Below are positions 1-9,182 of a stretch of DNA of 24,000 bases, one piece after another. The stretch lies in sequence record MF001355.1; one strand, written 5' to 3'. This DNA is from Proteus phage PM2. The notes under the pieces are model-generated. The model searched no databases, was not told the DNA's origin, and saw only the letters and a list, made by a program, of their open reading frames with translations. The number at the start of each line of letters is the position of its first letter. The stretch's first letter is position 1. Position numbers and translations under genes: made by a program.

Positions 1-894
1 TCTGGCAAATTTGAGTCTTTAGAATCAAAAACGGTTTCTATTGGCGATGGTACTATTGGTTCAATTGATTTTTTATCTACAACTAAATGGAAAATAAATG
101 TCCAAGATGATTTCAAAATCAATGGTGTTAAAATTGATAAAGATGAAGTTATCCATTCTAAAGGATTAGAAACCGTTTCTTATATTGATACTTCAGAATA
201 TAGATTAAATGGTAAAACATTTATTTCTGGACAAGGCACTATTAATGTAGGTGATGCTGAATCTCAAATTAGATTCCAATCCAAAAATCCTAATGATGTA
301 AGAATTTCTGGCTCTACAATTATTGTTAATACCAATTTAGAAGAAAAAGGTAATAAGCACTTTATTAATCGTAAACAAGATACCGTTGACGGAGATATTG
401 AATTTACTAAACCTGTAAAAATTAATATCCCAGAAAACATGGTTGAAGTTTCTGAAGGTATATTTGTTGCTAAAATTACTTCTAAAGAAGAATATGAAAA
501 ATATCCAGGTATAGCAGTTCCTAAAATAGACCAAGAAACACAGAAAGTTATTGATTATACTTATGTTAAAGGACCTGGTACGTTAACTCAGTATGGCGAT
601 ACAAAATCATACACATACAGAATCTGGGCTCCTCAAGCTTTAGGACAGGAAGATAATCATAATAACTATTCTTTATGGATGCAGGTTTATAACCCAGTTA
701 AAGGTGAATTTGATGCATGGGGTAGAATATACACATCTCAAAATCCACCTACTGCTGCAGAAATAGGAGCTGTTTCTTCATCTGGTTCTACTTTCGAAAC
801 ACTTAAAGTTAATCAATGGTTACAAGTTGGACCTGTAAGAATGGTTCCAGACCCAGTAACTAAAACTGTAAGGTATATATGGATCGATGAGTAA
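1..894 (+). CDS. 34: Long tail fibre proximal subunit, C-terminal part (gp34-like), truncated at window start
   Basis: Frame 1 is open from base 1 to the stop at 894, not only from the internal ATG at 439. Upstream of gp35-like ORF; C-terminus ...VRMVPDPVTKTVRYIWIDE; T4 synteny 34-35-36-37. Confidence 0.85.
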   Translation, partial: SGKFESLESKTVSIGDGTIGSIDFLSTTKWKINVQDDFKINGVKIDKDEVIHSKGLETVSYIDTSEYRLNGKTFISGQGTINVGDAESQIRFQSKNPNDVRISGSTIIVNTNLEEKGNKHFINRKQDTVDGDIEFTKPVKINIPENMVEVSEGIFVAKITSKEEYEKYPGIAVPKIDQETQKVIDYTYVKGPGTLTQYGDTKSYTYRIWAPQALGQEDNHNNYSLWMQVYNPVKGEFDAWGRIYTSQNPPTAAEIGAVSSSGSTFETLKVNQWLQVGPVRMVPDPVTKTVRYIWIDE

Positions 895-2005
895 TATAAT
901 GGTTGAATTCGGCCAAGATTATGTGGGTGCTCAAACGTTCTCAGAGAACAATGCTCTCACATATAAGTTAACTATAAGGGCCAGTAATAAAAACACACAG
1001 GGTGAATCCTGTGTGTTAATTAATGATAAAAAAATATCAGATCAATGTCAAAAAGGATTTAATGTTTGGGTTATAGATAATAAAGGTAATTTACTCAATA
1101 ATATGGTCTTCGATTTTACAGAAGAATCGGGAAGAAATGCCTTTATTGATTTCATGAAATCCCAAGATAAAGATATAATTTGTATTAGTTCTTCTGATGA
1201 ATTGTTTTCTTCGGAAGAACTCTCAAAATATATGAAAAGTATAGGTTCTGCTTCATGGAATGATTTTTTAATTAAAAAGATTAAAACTGTTTCTTATGCA
1301 TGTGTATATAGAACAGATATAAAGCAAATAGTACTAGAATCTATCCAATATTCAGATGGTATAAAAGAAGATAATGTTTTAGAATTAGAAACTATTTTTG
1401 ATTCTGAGTATTCTTTAGGGATAACTGGATTTCCTGGTTCTATAGTCTATGATCATAAAGAATATACATCAGTTGAAAAAGACTATAAAAAATGGCCTAC
1501 TAATTTGTTGAATAATAAATTATCCGATTACGGTCTTAAACCAGGTGATTGGGTTTCTTTAAGTGCATCTATATTCGGTGATAAAGAGCTTAAAGACGAA
1601 GGTGGTTGGACAAGGATAGATTGTAGATGGGTTCTTGGCAATACATGGAAACAATCGTTTTATCTTGAAAGCACACTAAAAGGCAGTTATCCAGTTCAAA
1701 CTATGGTAAATCCGGATATTTGGGAATCTAAAACAGTTTATTCTCAAATACCAGAAGGTGTAGATGGCTTTGTTATTATAGCAACTAGATATAATTCAGA
1801 GACTGGCTATTCTGCTGTAAAAAATGTTGCATTTGGAAAATCAGCAGAACCTATAATAGAAGAATCCGATCGACAAATAGGGATAAATGGTATCAGAAAT
1901 TCATTTATAAAAGAGGAAGAACAAAAAGTAGGTTCATTATTAAGTTTATTAAATCTTAAGGACAAATCCGATACAATTTCTTCTATAAACTTTAAAGAAA
2001 TCTAA
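887..2005 (+). CDS. 35: Long tail fibre hinge protein (gp35-like), 372 aa
   Basis: 372 aa, the size I recall for T4 gp35; sits directly after gp34 with an 8-nt overlap and before the gp36/37-like genes. Confidence 0.8.
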   Translation: MSNIMVEFGQDYVGAQTFSENNALTYKLTIRASNKNTQGESCVLINDKKISDQCQKGFNVWVIDNKGNLLNNMVFDFTEESGRNAFIDFMKSQDKDIICISSSDELFSSEELSKYMKSIGSASWNDFLIKKIKTVSYACVYRTDIKQIVLESIQYSDGIKEDNVLELETIFDSEYSLGITGFPGSIVYDHKEYTSVEKDYKKWPTNLLNNKLSDYGLKPGDWVSLSASIFGDKELKDEGGWTRIDCRWVLGNTWKQSFYLESTLKGSYPVQTMVNPDIWESKTVYSQIPEGVDGFVIIATRYNSETGYSAVKNVAFGKSAEPIIEESDRQIGINGIRNSFIKEEEQKVGSLLSLLNLKDKSDTISSINFKEI

Positions 2006-2010
2006 TAACG

Positions 2011-2110
2011 TATAGTTATTAATTTATTACTTAATAGTTATATAGAATATACTATACTTTTAATAAAATAGTTTACTATAGTTATTAATTTATTACTTAA
2101 TAGTTATATA
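2011..2110. repeat. 34-bp perfect direct repeat (2011..2044 and 2077..2110), unit tatagttattaatttattacttaatagttatata
   Basis: Both copies read directly and are identical; start-to-start distance 66 bp; AT-rich, in the 35/36 intergenic region. Confidence 0.9.
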
Positions 2111-2133
2111 TAATATAAAGAACTTAATAAATT

Positions 2134-2160
2134 CTGGGAGCTTCGCTCCCAGTTTTCTTT
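2134..2160 (+). terminator. Rho-independent terminator downstream of gene 35
   Basis: ctgggagc-ttc-gctcccag stem followed by ttttcttt. Confidence 0.85.
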
Positions 2161-2174
2161 AGAAAAGGCTCTTT

Positions 2175-2182
2175 TATAAATA
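2175..2182 (+). promoter_or_regulatory. T4-type late promoter TATAAATA for the tail fibre 36-37-38 operon
   Basis: Exact TATAAATA late -10 box, 21 nt upstream of the ATG at 2203, followed by an aaaggag ribosome-binding site. Confidence 0.8.
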
Positions 2183-2202
2183 CAATAAAGAAAGGAGTTT
2201 AT

Positions 2203-2670
2203 ATGGCAGACCTTAAAAGAGGAAGTACTGCTGGAGGAGAATTAATTCTTACACAAGGAAATTTTCCATTAATACCAGTTGGTAATTCTTTATATTTTAA
2301 TACACATAAAGTCTACACTGAACATGATAAGCCTACAGCAGAAGAAGTTGATTCTGTTTCGGCTTCTAAAGGTGGAGAATTTAAAGAAAGAGTAATTTTT
2401 AAAGAAATACAAGTTAATGGTAAAACAACTCCATTAACAATTAAAGAAGGGTTAGAAACAGATAGCGAAATATCTATAGGAACATTAGATATTAAATCAG
2501 GTGATAAATCTGTTTTATTGATTGATCCTTCTAATCCTGAATTACTTCAAACAGATTCTATAAAAACTAATAAAACCGTTCTAACATCCCCAGGAACAGA
2601 AGCCAATCATGCTGTTAGATATGACCAAGTTGTGTTGGTAGGTGATGTTATTGACTTTGGAGAATTCTAA
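2203..2670 (+). CDS. 36: Small distal tail fibre subunit (gp36-like), 155 aa
   Basis: Position between gp35 and gp37-like genes; fibre-type sequence ([23 protein letters not shown]...). Confidence 0.65.
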   Translation: MADLKRGSTAGGELILTQGNFPLIPVGNSLYFNTHKVYTEHDKPTAEEVDSVSASKGGEFKERVIFKEIQVNGKTTPLTIKEGLETDSEISIGTLDIKSGDKSVLLIDPSNPELLQTDSIKTNKTVLTSPGTEANHAVRYDQVVLVGDVIDFGEF

Positions 2671-4859
2671 TGGCAAAAATTCCAAGAATACAATTTAAAC
2701 GAACTAAAAATCCAGGAGTAAAACCTTCTAAAGATATTTTAGCAGAAGGTGAATTAGCTATTAACTTAGCAGATAGAATGCTTTTTACCAAATCAGGTGA
2801 AGAAATAATCGATCTTGGTTTTGCTAAAGGTGGTACTGTTAATGGAGATATTATCCAAGAAACAGGAAATTTTACAACTAATGGAAATATCAGATTAAAA
2901 GAATATCTTAACATTAACGGCCCAGATAATAAAGCTTTAAATATTGCATACGATTCTAGAGGTCCACTTATTGGAGTAAATGAAGGCGATAATAAATGGA
3001 AGGTACTTCAAATCCCAGCTGAAACCGGGACATTTGCATCTCGAGAATGGGTTAATACTTTTGTTAAAAGTGGGTCCATTCAAACTGACTTAAAAGCCCC
3101 AGATAATACAACGGTTCTTACTATAAATAACTCAAAATTATTATCATTTAAAGATGGGACCACTGATATATTCGCTGTAGATATTAAAGGCGGATATATG
3201 AGAAATTCATTAATACTATCTGGACAAAATGATTATCCTGGTATTACGCTTCAAAAAAATGATACTTTTAAAGTTAGAATAGAAACTGACACAGATTCTA
3301 GTAATACTTTATTGGCATTTGCTTATAGAGATTCTGGCAATTCTAATAAATTTGTTATAAAAATGCCAAAAGAAAATGGCGTTTTAGCATCTCAACAATG
3401 GGTAGATGGAAAATATTATAAAAGAGATGATTCTCCTACATTTAAAGGCCAAGTAAATATTGGAGATAAAGGCGGTAATAGCAATTACGCTCAATTATCA
3501 TATGAATCTGGAGAAGCCAGATGGAGTGTTAACACCGGTTCTTGGAAAATACTAAAGCATCCTAATGAGAATGGAACTGTTGCTACGCAAGAACGCATAA
3601 ATAAAATAGTTAACCATAACGGCCAACAAGTTGAGTTGATCTCTCCTAATGGAACTATGAAAGCAACACTTCAAAATAATGGCACATTTAGTACATGGAA
3701 TGGTAATGGTAATCCAATATCAGTTGATGCTTCTGGTAATACTAGTGTAGCAGGGACTATTCAAGCGGTATCTACAGTTACAGCAAGAACCGCCAATAGT
3801 AATACTATTTTTGGTCTTTTTGTTAGAGATAAAGAAGCATTTTTGTCTCTAAACATAGATAATAAGTGGGTTGGCGAACTACACCATCCTAAGACACATG
3901 GGACAATTGCCACTCAACAATGGTCAAATGGTCAACATTATACTAAATCTGAAACCTATAATAAATCAGAAATTGATGGTAAAGTTAATGGTAGATTAAC
4001 TCAAAGCCAAGCTGATGGAAGATATGTCAGAATGGATTTGACTAATCTAGGTAAACAATATACGCCATTGACTGGTATTGCATCTGGACAATGGGGTAAA
4101 CCTATTGGTTATTCTGTTATGGTTAATAGTGCATCTTCGCCTCAGCGCCCTCCAAATACAGGATACGGCTATTGGCATGTAATTGGGGCTAGAGACCAAA
4201 GCAATGGGTACGCCGGTATATGGGGTGGATATTCTGATGGTCAAATGTATTATGGTAATGGTAATACCGCAGCTACAAATCCTACATGGTATAAAATATA
4301 TACTTCAGGTAACAAGCCTTCACCATCCGAATTGGGGGTTTATGCCAAAGGTGAAGTTTATTCTAAGGCCGAATCAGATGCAAGATATCCTTTAAAAAAT
4401 GATGTTTACGCTAAATCATCAACATATTCTAGAGCAGAAGTTGATTCTCGTGTAAATGGTAGATTAACACAAAGCCAAGCTGATGGAAGATACGCATACA
4501 AAGGTGGTGCTACTGGACAAAACTTTGGTGCTAATATAGTTGATGCTGCAGATGTTAATATTCGTTCAGATATCTCTGTTAAAAGTAATTTAGTATATAT
4601 AAAAAATGCATTAGATTTATTAAAACCGTTAACAGGATATAAATACGATTTAAGACTTAATGACAATACTCATAAACAGTCGGTAGGTATAATTGCACAA
4701 GATGTCCAAAAAGTTCTTCCTGAATTAGTACAAAAAGATTCGACAGATTTATTATCAGTTAACTATAATGGGTTAACAGCAGTTCTTATTAATGCGGTTA
4801 ACGAACTTAATAACAGACTTAAAGAATTAGAGGTTAAAAATGGCAGTAACAGGACCTAG
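2670..4859 (+). CDS. 37: Large distal tail fibre subunit (gp37-like) with C-terminal Peptidase_S74 intramolecular chaperone domain, 729 aa
   Basis: Tail-fibre repeats ([45 protein letters not shown]); C-terminus [11 protein letters not shown]-type ...[56 protein letters not shown] matches the S74/endosialidase chaperone pattern. Confidence 0.85.
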   Translation: MAKIPRIQFKRTKNPGVKPSKDILAEGELAINLADRMLFTKSGEEIIDLGFAKGGTVNGDIIQETGNFTTNGNIRLKEYLNINGPDNKALNIAYDSRGPLIGVNEGDNKWKVLQIPAETGTFASREWVNTFVKSGSIQTDLKAPDNTTVLTINNSKLLSFKDGTTDIFAVDIKGGYMRNSLILSGQNDYPGITLQKNDTFKVRIETDTDSSNTLLAFAYRDSGNSNKFVIKMPKENGVLASQQWVDGKYYKRDDSPTFKGQVNIGDKGGNSNYAQLSYESGEARWSVNTGSWKILKHPNENGTVATQERINKIVNHNGQQVELISPNGTMKATLQNNGTFSTWNGNGNPISVDASGNTSVAGTIQAVSTVTARTANSNTIFGLFVRDKEAFLSLNIDNKWVGELHHPKTHGTIATQQWSNGQHYTKSETYNKSEIDGKVNGRLTQSQADGRYVRMDLTNLGKQYTPLTGIASGQWGKPIGYSVMVNSASSPQRPPNTGYGYWHVIGARDQSNGYAGIWGGYSDGQMYYGNGNTAATNPTWYKIYTSGNKPSPSELGVYAKGEVYSKAESDARYPLKNDVYAKSSTYSRAEVDSRVNGRLTQSQADGRYAYKGGATGQNFGANIVDAADVNIRSDISVKSNLVYIKNALDLLKPLTGYKYDLRLNDNTHKQSVGIIAQDVQKVLPELVQKDSTDLLSVNYNGLTAVLINAVNELNNRLKELEVKNGSNRT
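3987..4493 (+). repeat. In-gene tail-fibre module repeat (about 39 bp, copies near 3987..4025 and 4455..4493)
   Basis: aatggtagattaac(t/a)caaagccaagctgatggaagata occurs twice with one mismatch, encoding [13 protein letters not shown] twice. Confidence 0.85.
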
Positions 4860-5346
4860 AGTAGGAAGTTCTGCTAAAGCAGAAACTGGTCTGGCTAGTA
4901 TGAAGGCCGCTGGGGCTAAATTGGGACTTAGCGTCCCTTTTAAAATGTCACAAATGATTGGTAAAAGCGTAGCGGGTTTAATTTTCGCAGTTGACGTAAA
5001 TCCAGATTATCCGGGCAATAAATACGGTAATTTTTCTACTCATGGAACCCCAAAAGGGTACTTAAAAAAAGGTGATACTGGTGACAAGCTCATGCAAATA
5101 GAAGGTATTTACGCCATTAACTTTACTACTCAACAAGTAATGTTTATTATGAGTGACCCTGCAAGGATTCACAATTACACTGCTATGATTATTGAGTATA
5201 GTGGTACACAATATAAATTGGTACCACAGAGAGATGCGTTAGGGACTGCTTATTTCAATATGGTAACAAATGTTGATAAGTTTACTGAGTTAATGATGAA
5301 AAATTTAGGTGTAGAATTCCAAATGAAAGTTATACAGATAACTTAA
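4840..5346 (+). CDS. 38: T2-type gp38 tail-fibre tip adhesin-like protein with divergent C-terminal region, 168 aa
   Basis: N-terminus [36 protein letters not shown] resembles my recollection of the T2 gp38 attachment domain (IGSSAVNETGQRWMSQAAGQLRLGVPCWMSQFAGRS); directly follows S74-containing gp37. Confidence 0.65.
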   Translation: MAVTGPRVGSSAKAETGLASMKAAGAKLGLSVPFKMSQMIGKSVAGLIFAVDVNPDYPGNKYGNFSTHGTPKGYLKKGDTGDKLMQIEGIYAINFTTQQVMFIMSDPARIHNYTAMIIEYSGTQYKLVPQRDALGTAYFNMVTNVDKFTELMMKNLGVEFQMKVIQIT

Positions 5347-5371
5347 TTTTTGAAAGTTTAAGAGAATAACT

Positions 5372-5995
5372 ATGGATAAAGGCTTTTTTCTAAGCCTGCT
5401 TGATACACTGTTTAAAGACGCCGACGGAAAATTAATCCTTTGGCGTCTTCTTTCTATAGGAGTACTTGGGATTGGATGTTTTTTATATGTCGCTAGAAAT
5501 GAATTTTTGGAATTATATAAAAACACTAGATACGAGGCTTATCAGCAAGTTCAAAAGCAAGAAAGAGAACTTAAATTTGAAAAGGCCGTAGTAGACCAAT
5601 TGCAAATAGTCCATGTATCGTCAGAAGCAGAGTTCAGTGGAATAACTGAATTTAGACCAGTTGGATTAAATTATTTTTTTGATTTAATTGCTTATGAAGG
5701 AAAACTTCCTGAGGAATTGAATTCTAAAAATTTAGGAGGATGGCCTGTTGATAAAACATCAGAAGAATATATTGAACATATGAATGGACATTATTATACA
5801 ACAACCGAACATTTTAGATTGCCAACAAGGAATAAAATAGAAAATAAATGGTTGTTTTCTTGTCCATATTATAATTTGAATAATAATTATGCTGGGAGTA
5901 TATTTATGATGTGGCCTGAAAAACCTGTTATAAGCGAAGATAGACTTAACATCATCTGTTCACAGGCTTCCAGGACCATAGGCAGGACTAAATAA
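5372..5995 (+). CDS. t: Holin (T), 207 aa
   Basis: One N-terminal hydrophobic segment (LWRLLSIGVLGIGCFLYVA) and T4 T-like periplasmic motifs QLQIVHVSSEAEFS, NYFFDLIAYEGKLP, LGGWPVDKT, RLNIICSQASRTIGR. Confidence 0.93.
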   Translation: MDKGFFLSLLDTLFKDADGKLILWRLLSIGVLGIGCFLYVARNEFLELYKNTRYEAYQQVQKQERELKFEKAVVDQLQIVHVSSEAEFSGITEFRPVGLNYFFDLIAYEGKLPEELNSKNLGGWPVDKTSEEYIEHMNGHYYTTTEHFRLPTRNKIENKWLFSCPYYNLNNNYAGSIFMMWPEKPVISEDRLNIICSQASRTIGRTK

Positions 5996-5997
5996 AA

Positions 5998-6234
5998 TTA
6001 CGAATATAATCTATTGTATTGTTGTTTATGTTGTGTCTGAAGGGATTCTACACAACATTTACAATATGGAAAATACCCATCTTTAGAATTTTTCGATTCT
6101 GAAAATTTTTCTAAGGGCAATATTTCTTTACAATGTTTGCATATTTTACGTAAAGGAATTTTAATTTCTTTCGCAACACGTGGTAAAACTACTAATTCTG
6201 TCTTTAAATACGTATTTTTGCAAAATCCCCCAAT
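5998..6234 (-). other. Open frame without a standard start codon encoding a Cys-rich zinc-ribbon-like sequence; candidate continuation of ORF 6161..6361
   Basis: Reverse-strand translation ...TELVVLPRVAKEIKIPLRKICKHCKEILPLEKFSESKNSKDGYFPYCKCCVESLQTQHKQQYNRLYS*; four Cys in CxxC...CxxC arrangement; not in the ORF track. Confidence 0.6.
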
Positions 6235-6361
6235 CTACAATTGTGTCTTCTTCATCTAATTCAACGACAACTCCAATCCGATTACCAGGATTAGTGGGAT
6301 CTATATTATAATACTCAGAATCTTTACTGATATATACAAAATCACCAACTTTAATAGTCAT
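6161..6361 (-). CDS. Small SH3/KOW-like hypothetical protein, 66 aa as annotated (possibly frameshifted, see findings)
   Basis: ORF track; MTIKVGDFVYISKDSEYYNIDPTNPGNRIGVVVELDEEDTIVDWG. Confidence 0.6.
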   Translation of the reverse strand: MTIKVGDFVYISKDSEYYNIDPTNPGNRIGVVVELDEEDTIVDWGILQKYVFKDRISSFTTCCERN

Positions 6362-6363
6362 AA

Positions 6364-6621
6364 TTAATCCTTATGGTGTTTACTTGTGGCATGTTTAACA
6401 ATCGTATGAGTGTTAATAAAATCAATAGCTTCTTGTTCTGTAACTAATTTAATTTCTAAAGAATCAACGCCATTTTCTAATCGTTCTTCTAACGGGCATA
6501 AAGAATCAACGTAATCTGTGATAGATTTAATATAATTTTCTTCAGTAACGTCCTTTTTTGTTCCTGAAGCAAATTTATCTGCAATTACACCATTCTTTTT
6601 ATATGTAGTAATAGAAAACAT
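6364..6621 (-). CDS. Hypothetical protein, 85 aa
   Basis: ORF in a tightly packed - strand array. Confidence 0.6.
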   Translation of the reverse strand: MFSITTYKKNGVIADKFASGTKKDVTEENYIKSITDYVDSLCPLEERLENGVDSLEIKLVTEQEAIDFINTHTIVKHATSKHHKD

Positions 6622-6998
6622 TATAATGACCCTTTTTCTTGATTTAAATTAATTTTATACTCAAATACATGAGCATAATACCCGTTATGAATATTAACAA
6701 TTTCTAAATAATACCCACCAGAGATTTCAAATGTCATGCTATTAAAATAATTTGATCCATCATCTTCAATAGAAAATTCTGCTACGCCAATAAATTCTGC
6801 CGATTCTGACAAATCTGACAATTCGACTTCTTTAAACCCATTATTGAACCTATCATTTTCTTTTTTGAAGAATTTATAATAAGCATGTTCGCAACAATGT
6901 TGTGAATCTACATCAAATCCAACAAAGTTATCATTATTATCAATAAAATTGGTTGTTTTTCTTTCGTATTTTTTGCCACACACCTTTTCAATAATCAT
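6621..6998 (-). CDS. Hypothetical protein, 125 aa
   Basis: ORF overlaps its neighbours by 1-4 nt, typical of early-region operons. Confidence 0.65.
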   Translation of the reverse strand: MIIEKVCGKKYERKTTNFIDNNDNFVGFDVDSQHCCEHAYYKFFKKENDRFNNGFKEVELSDLSESAEFIGVAEFSIEDDGSNYFNSMTFEISGGYYLEIVNIHNGYYAHVFEYKINLNQEKGSL

Positions 6999-7510
6999 TT
7001 AACTAATTCCAATTCATCTTTAGAGAACCAATAGATATGGCCAAATTTATCTACACATGCATATTGTAATCTAGAATCATTAGGCTCAATTTCATGGATA
7101 GTAAGATCTTCGCCAATATCAATATCACATTCTACGCCAATGGTATTTTTAACAAATTTTACAGTATCACCGACAGAAAACAGATCACCAAGTTTCCATC
7201 CATGAGACTTAAATTTAGCCACAATACCATTTTTTAATTCCACAATAAATGGATATTCTGCATCATCTGAAAATTCTTTAAGTGTTCCTACAATACCATT
7301 ATTACAGATCTCATCACCCGTATTAAATTCATACGGTTCAGCCCAAACATCTTCTCTAAACCACATTTCAAGACCACTATCAGTTTTTATATAATAAGGA
7401 TGATCTGAGTCTTTATCCATTTTTAATACATGCCCGGTACAATTTGGGCTTACGGTATGTCTAACTTTATCACCGACTTTAAATCTTAATTCGTCATTAC
7501 GTTTAAACAT
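6995..7510 (-). CDS. Hypothetical protein with repeated SH3/KOW-like segments, 171 aa
   Basis: Repeated pattern: FKVGDKVRHTV..., FNTGDEICNN-GIVGTLKEF, FSVGDTVKFVKN...WFSKDELELVK. Confidence 0.65.
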   Translation of the reverse strand: MFKRNDELRFKVGDKVRHTVSPNCTGHVLKMDKDSDHPYYIKTDSGLEMWFREDVWAEPYEFNTGDEICNNGIVGTLKEFSDDAEYPFIVELKNGIVAKFKSHGWKLGDLFSVGDTVKFVKNTIGVECDIDIGEDLTIHEIEPNDSRLQYACVDKFGHIYWFSKDELELVK

Positions 7511-7511
7511 A

Positions 7512-7784
7512 TTAACCTCTATTTAAATACATTTCAATTAAAGAATATGTAGATTTATGACCGGTATTAAATTCTTCAATAAGTTTAGCTTTTTCGTCAT
7601 CAGATAATGATTTAACTAATGATTTAAGATTACTTTTATTAAATAACTTACCATTATTACGAATACCTAATTCGTTAATGAACGCTATGAAAAGATTTTC
7701 ATCTTCAATTATATCTTCACTTTCAAATTTGATAAGAATTGAGATAACAGCAAAAATTTCAGATAAAGTTTCCAATTTGTTCAT
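7512..7784 (-). CDS. asiA: Anti-sigma70 factor AsiA, 90 aa
   Basis: ISILIKFESEDIIEDENLFIAFINELGI...LIEEFNTGHKSTYSLIEMYLN closely follows T4 AsiA (90 aa) as I recall it; located between t and motA. Confidence 0.93.
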   Translation of the reverse strand: MNKLETLSEIFAVISILIKFESEDIIEDENLFIAFINELGIRNNGKLFNKSNLKSLVKSLSDDEKAKLIEEFNTGHKSTYSLIEMYLNRG

Positions 7785-8007
7785 TTTGTGCCTTGCTTGG
7801 TGTTAGTAAATAATAATTAAAATTTTGTACTTCTAAAGATGGTTCTACAACATCCCATCCTGATAATATATCCATCATTCCAGGACAGTATATTTTACTA
7901 TTACAATATAATTTAGAACCATCCAACGTATATACAATGTTCCCTGTTATTCTTGACTGTACTTGAAATCCTTTTCTTGCTTTATCCATTGCACTGTAAA
8001 AATTCAT
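7759..8007 (-). CDS. Small protein weakly resembling DUF2829 family, 82 aa
   Basis: MNFYSAMDKARKGFQVQSR...SGWDVVEP pattern; weak motif-level similarity only. Confidence 0.5.
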   Translation of the reverse strand: MNFYSAMDKARKGFQVQSRITGNIVYTLDGSKLYCNSKIYCPGMMDILSGWDVVEPSLEVQNFNYYLLTPSKAQNEQIGNFI

Positions 8008-8013
8008 TTAACC

Positions 8014-8619
8014 TCACTTAGAAGCTTCGATGACTTTAATCATGTTTTCTTCTGTTAATTTAATGTCCACATAATAATTATTACCTTTAAATTTAACAGT
8101 AGCACCAATTGATTTATATTTTTCAACTAATTCTTCTGATAATTTGTAGCCAAATACTCGCATTTCGCCTTTATGTCTAACTTCAAATTGTCGAATTCCA
8201 TTAACACGTTTTTCTAAACGAAGTTCTAAATTACTTCTATTTTCAAAAATACCTTTAATAGCGAATGGTAGAAGTTCTTTCATTTTATCTGCAATATCTT
8301 TCATTTCTTCAGTAACACCACGTGGTTTACGGGTTGTTTTGATTTTAGAAGGATTTTCTTCTGCAAAGATATCTGCTGCTTTAAGAATAACTTCTGTTCC
8401 TTGTTCTGTTGCAATTAAACCATCACCTGATTTTTCAATAAAACCTTTTTTAATTAAAACACCGATATTAGAGTTAATTGAAGCAGAAGAAATTTCAGGA
8501 AGAGCTTCACGAATATCTTTAGCTTGGATAAAATTTGTTTTAGCAACTTCAAGAAGAATTGCACCTGTTTTTTCATTTAATTCTGAAGAAGCTTTTAAAA
8601 CATAAGATAATTTAGACAT
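8014..8619 (-). CDS. motA: MotA, activator of middle transcription, 201 aa
   Basis: SINSNIGVLIKKGFIEKSGDGLI and LEKRVNGIRQFEVRHKGEMRVFGYK match the T4 MotA N- and C-terminal domains. Confidence 0.95.
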   Translation of the reverse strand: MSKLSYVLKASSELNEKTGAILLEVAKTNFIQAKDIREALPEISSASINSNIGVLIKKGFIEKSGDGLIATEQGTEVILKAADIFAEENPSKIKTTRKPRGVTEEMKDIADKMKELLPFAIKGIFENRSNLELRLEKRVNGIRQFEVRHKGEMRVFGYKLSEELVEKYKSIGATVKFKGNNYYVDIKLTEENMIKVIEASK

Positions 8620-8659
8620 AATAGACTCCGTTAATTTGTTATTTCGTTTTGATGATAAG

Positions 8660-8689
8660 ATAATACTATACTTAAAAAGCTTTGTAAAC
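8660..8689 (-). promoter_or_regulatory. T4-type early promoter upstream of motA
   Basis: Minus strand GTTTAC - 18 nt - TATTAT. Confidence 0.7.
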
Positions 8690-8713
8690 AGTTATTTTCA
8701 ATAAAATGCAAAA

Positions 8714-8733
8714 AAGGAGACCGAAGTCTCCTT
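8714..8733 (-). terminator. Rho-independent terminator
   Basis: Minus strand aaggagac-ttcg-gtctcctt followed by tttttgc. Confidence 0.85.
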
Positions 8734-8741
8734 GTATATGA

Positions 8742-9179
8742 TTAATAAGCAATTTTTAACTTATCACAAATTTCTTTTAAATACTTTATACGATGTTCTG
8801 GCAAATTTTTGTCCAAAATAATTAAGCCATATTCATCAGGATGGTAATCACCCAAGAATTTGATTTGATGATTTATTATAGCAAACTGATTGATATTAGC
8901 ATCAAAAAGATCTATAGTTTCTGCTAGGCCATTCTTGGCTACTAAAATATCATTATTATCACGCTGGAATAAAGTAGTCCACTTATCTGTGAAATGAGGT
9001 TCTTCGTGTGGTTTTTCTGTATATCCTTTAGATATCATCAACTCACGAAATTTTTCCATATCTAATGGACAAACCCAATAATCAATATCTCTTGGTGGGG
9101 TTTTGTAGTAATAATCTCTAGCTGCTCCACCAATGATATGATAATTAATGTTATTGTCACTTAATATTTTAGAAATCAT
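8742..9179 (-). CDS. Small nucleotidyltransferase-fold protein, 145 aa
   Basis: IIGGAARDYYYKTPPRDIDYWV: GG-x-ARD and DID pattern of pol-beta type nucleotidyltransferases. Confidence 0.65.
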   Translation of the reverse strand: MISKILSDNNINYHIIGGAARDYYYKTPPRDIDYWVCPLDMEKFRELMISKGYTEKPHEEPHFTDKWTTLFQRDNNDILVAKNGLAETIDLFDANINQFAIINHQIKFLGDYHPDEYGLIILDKNLPEHRIKYLKEICDKLKIAY

Positions 9180-9182
9180 TCT

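Noticed and set aside
337-534. Minus-strand 65-aa ORF
   Set aside because: Low-complexity Phe/Asn-rich antisense of the gp34 gene.
439-894. ORF starting at ATG 439 as a separate gene
   Set aside because: The same frame is open back to base 1, so this is an internal Met of the truncated gp34 gene.
2648-2914. Minus-strand 88-aa ORF, and similar minus-strand ORFs at 4047..4244, 4406..4666 and 5305..5526
   Set aside because: Antisense to well-supported tail fibre and holin genes, with no recognisable motifs.
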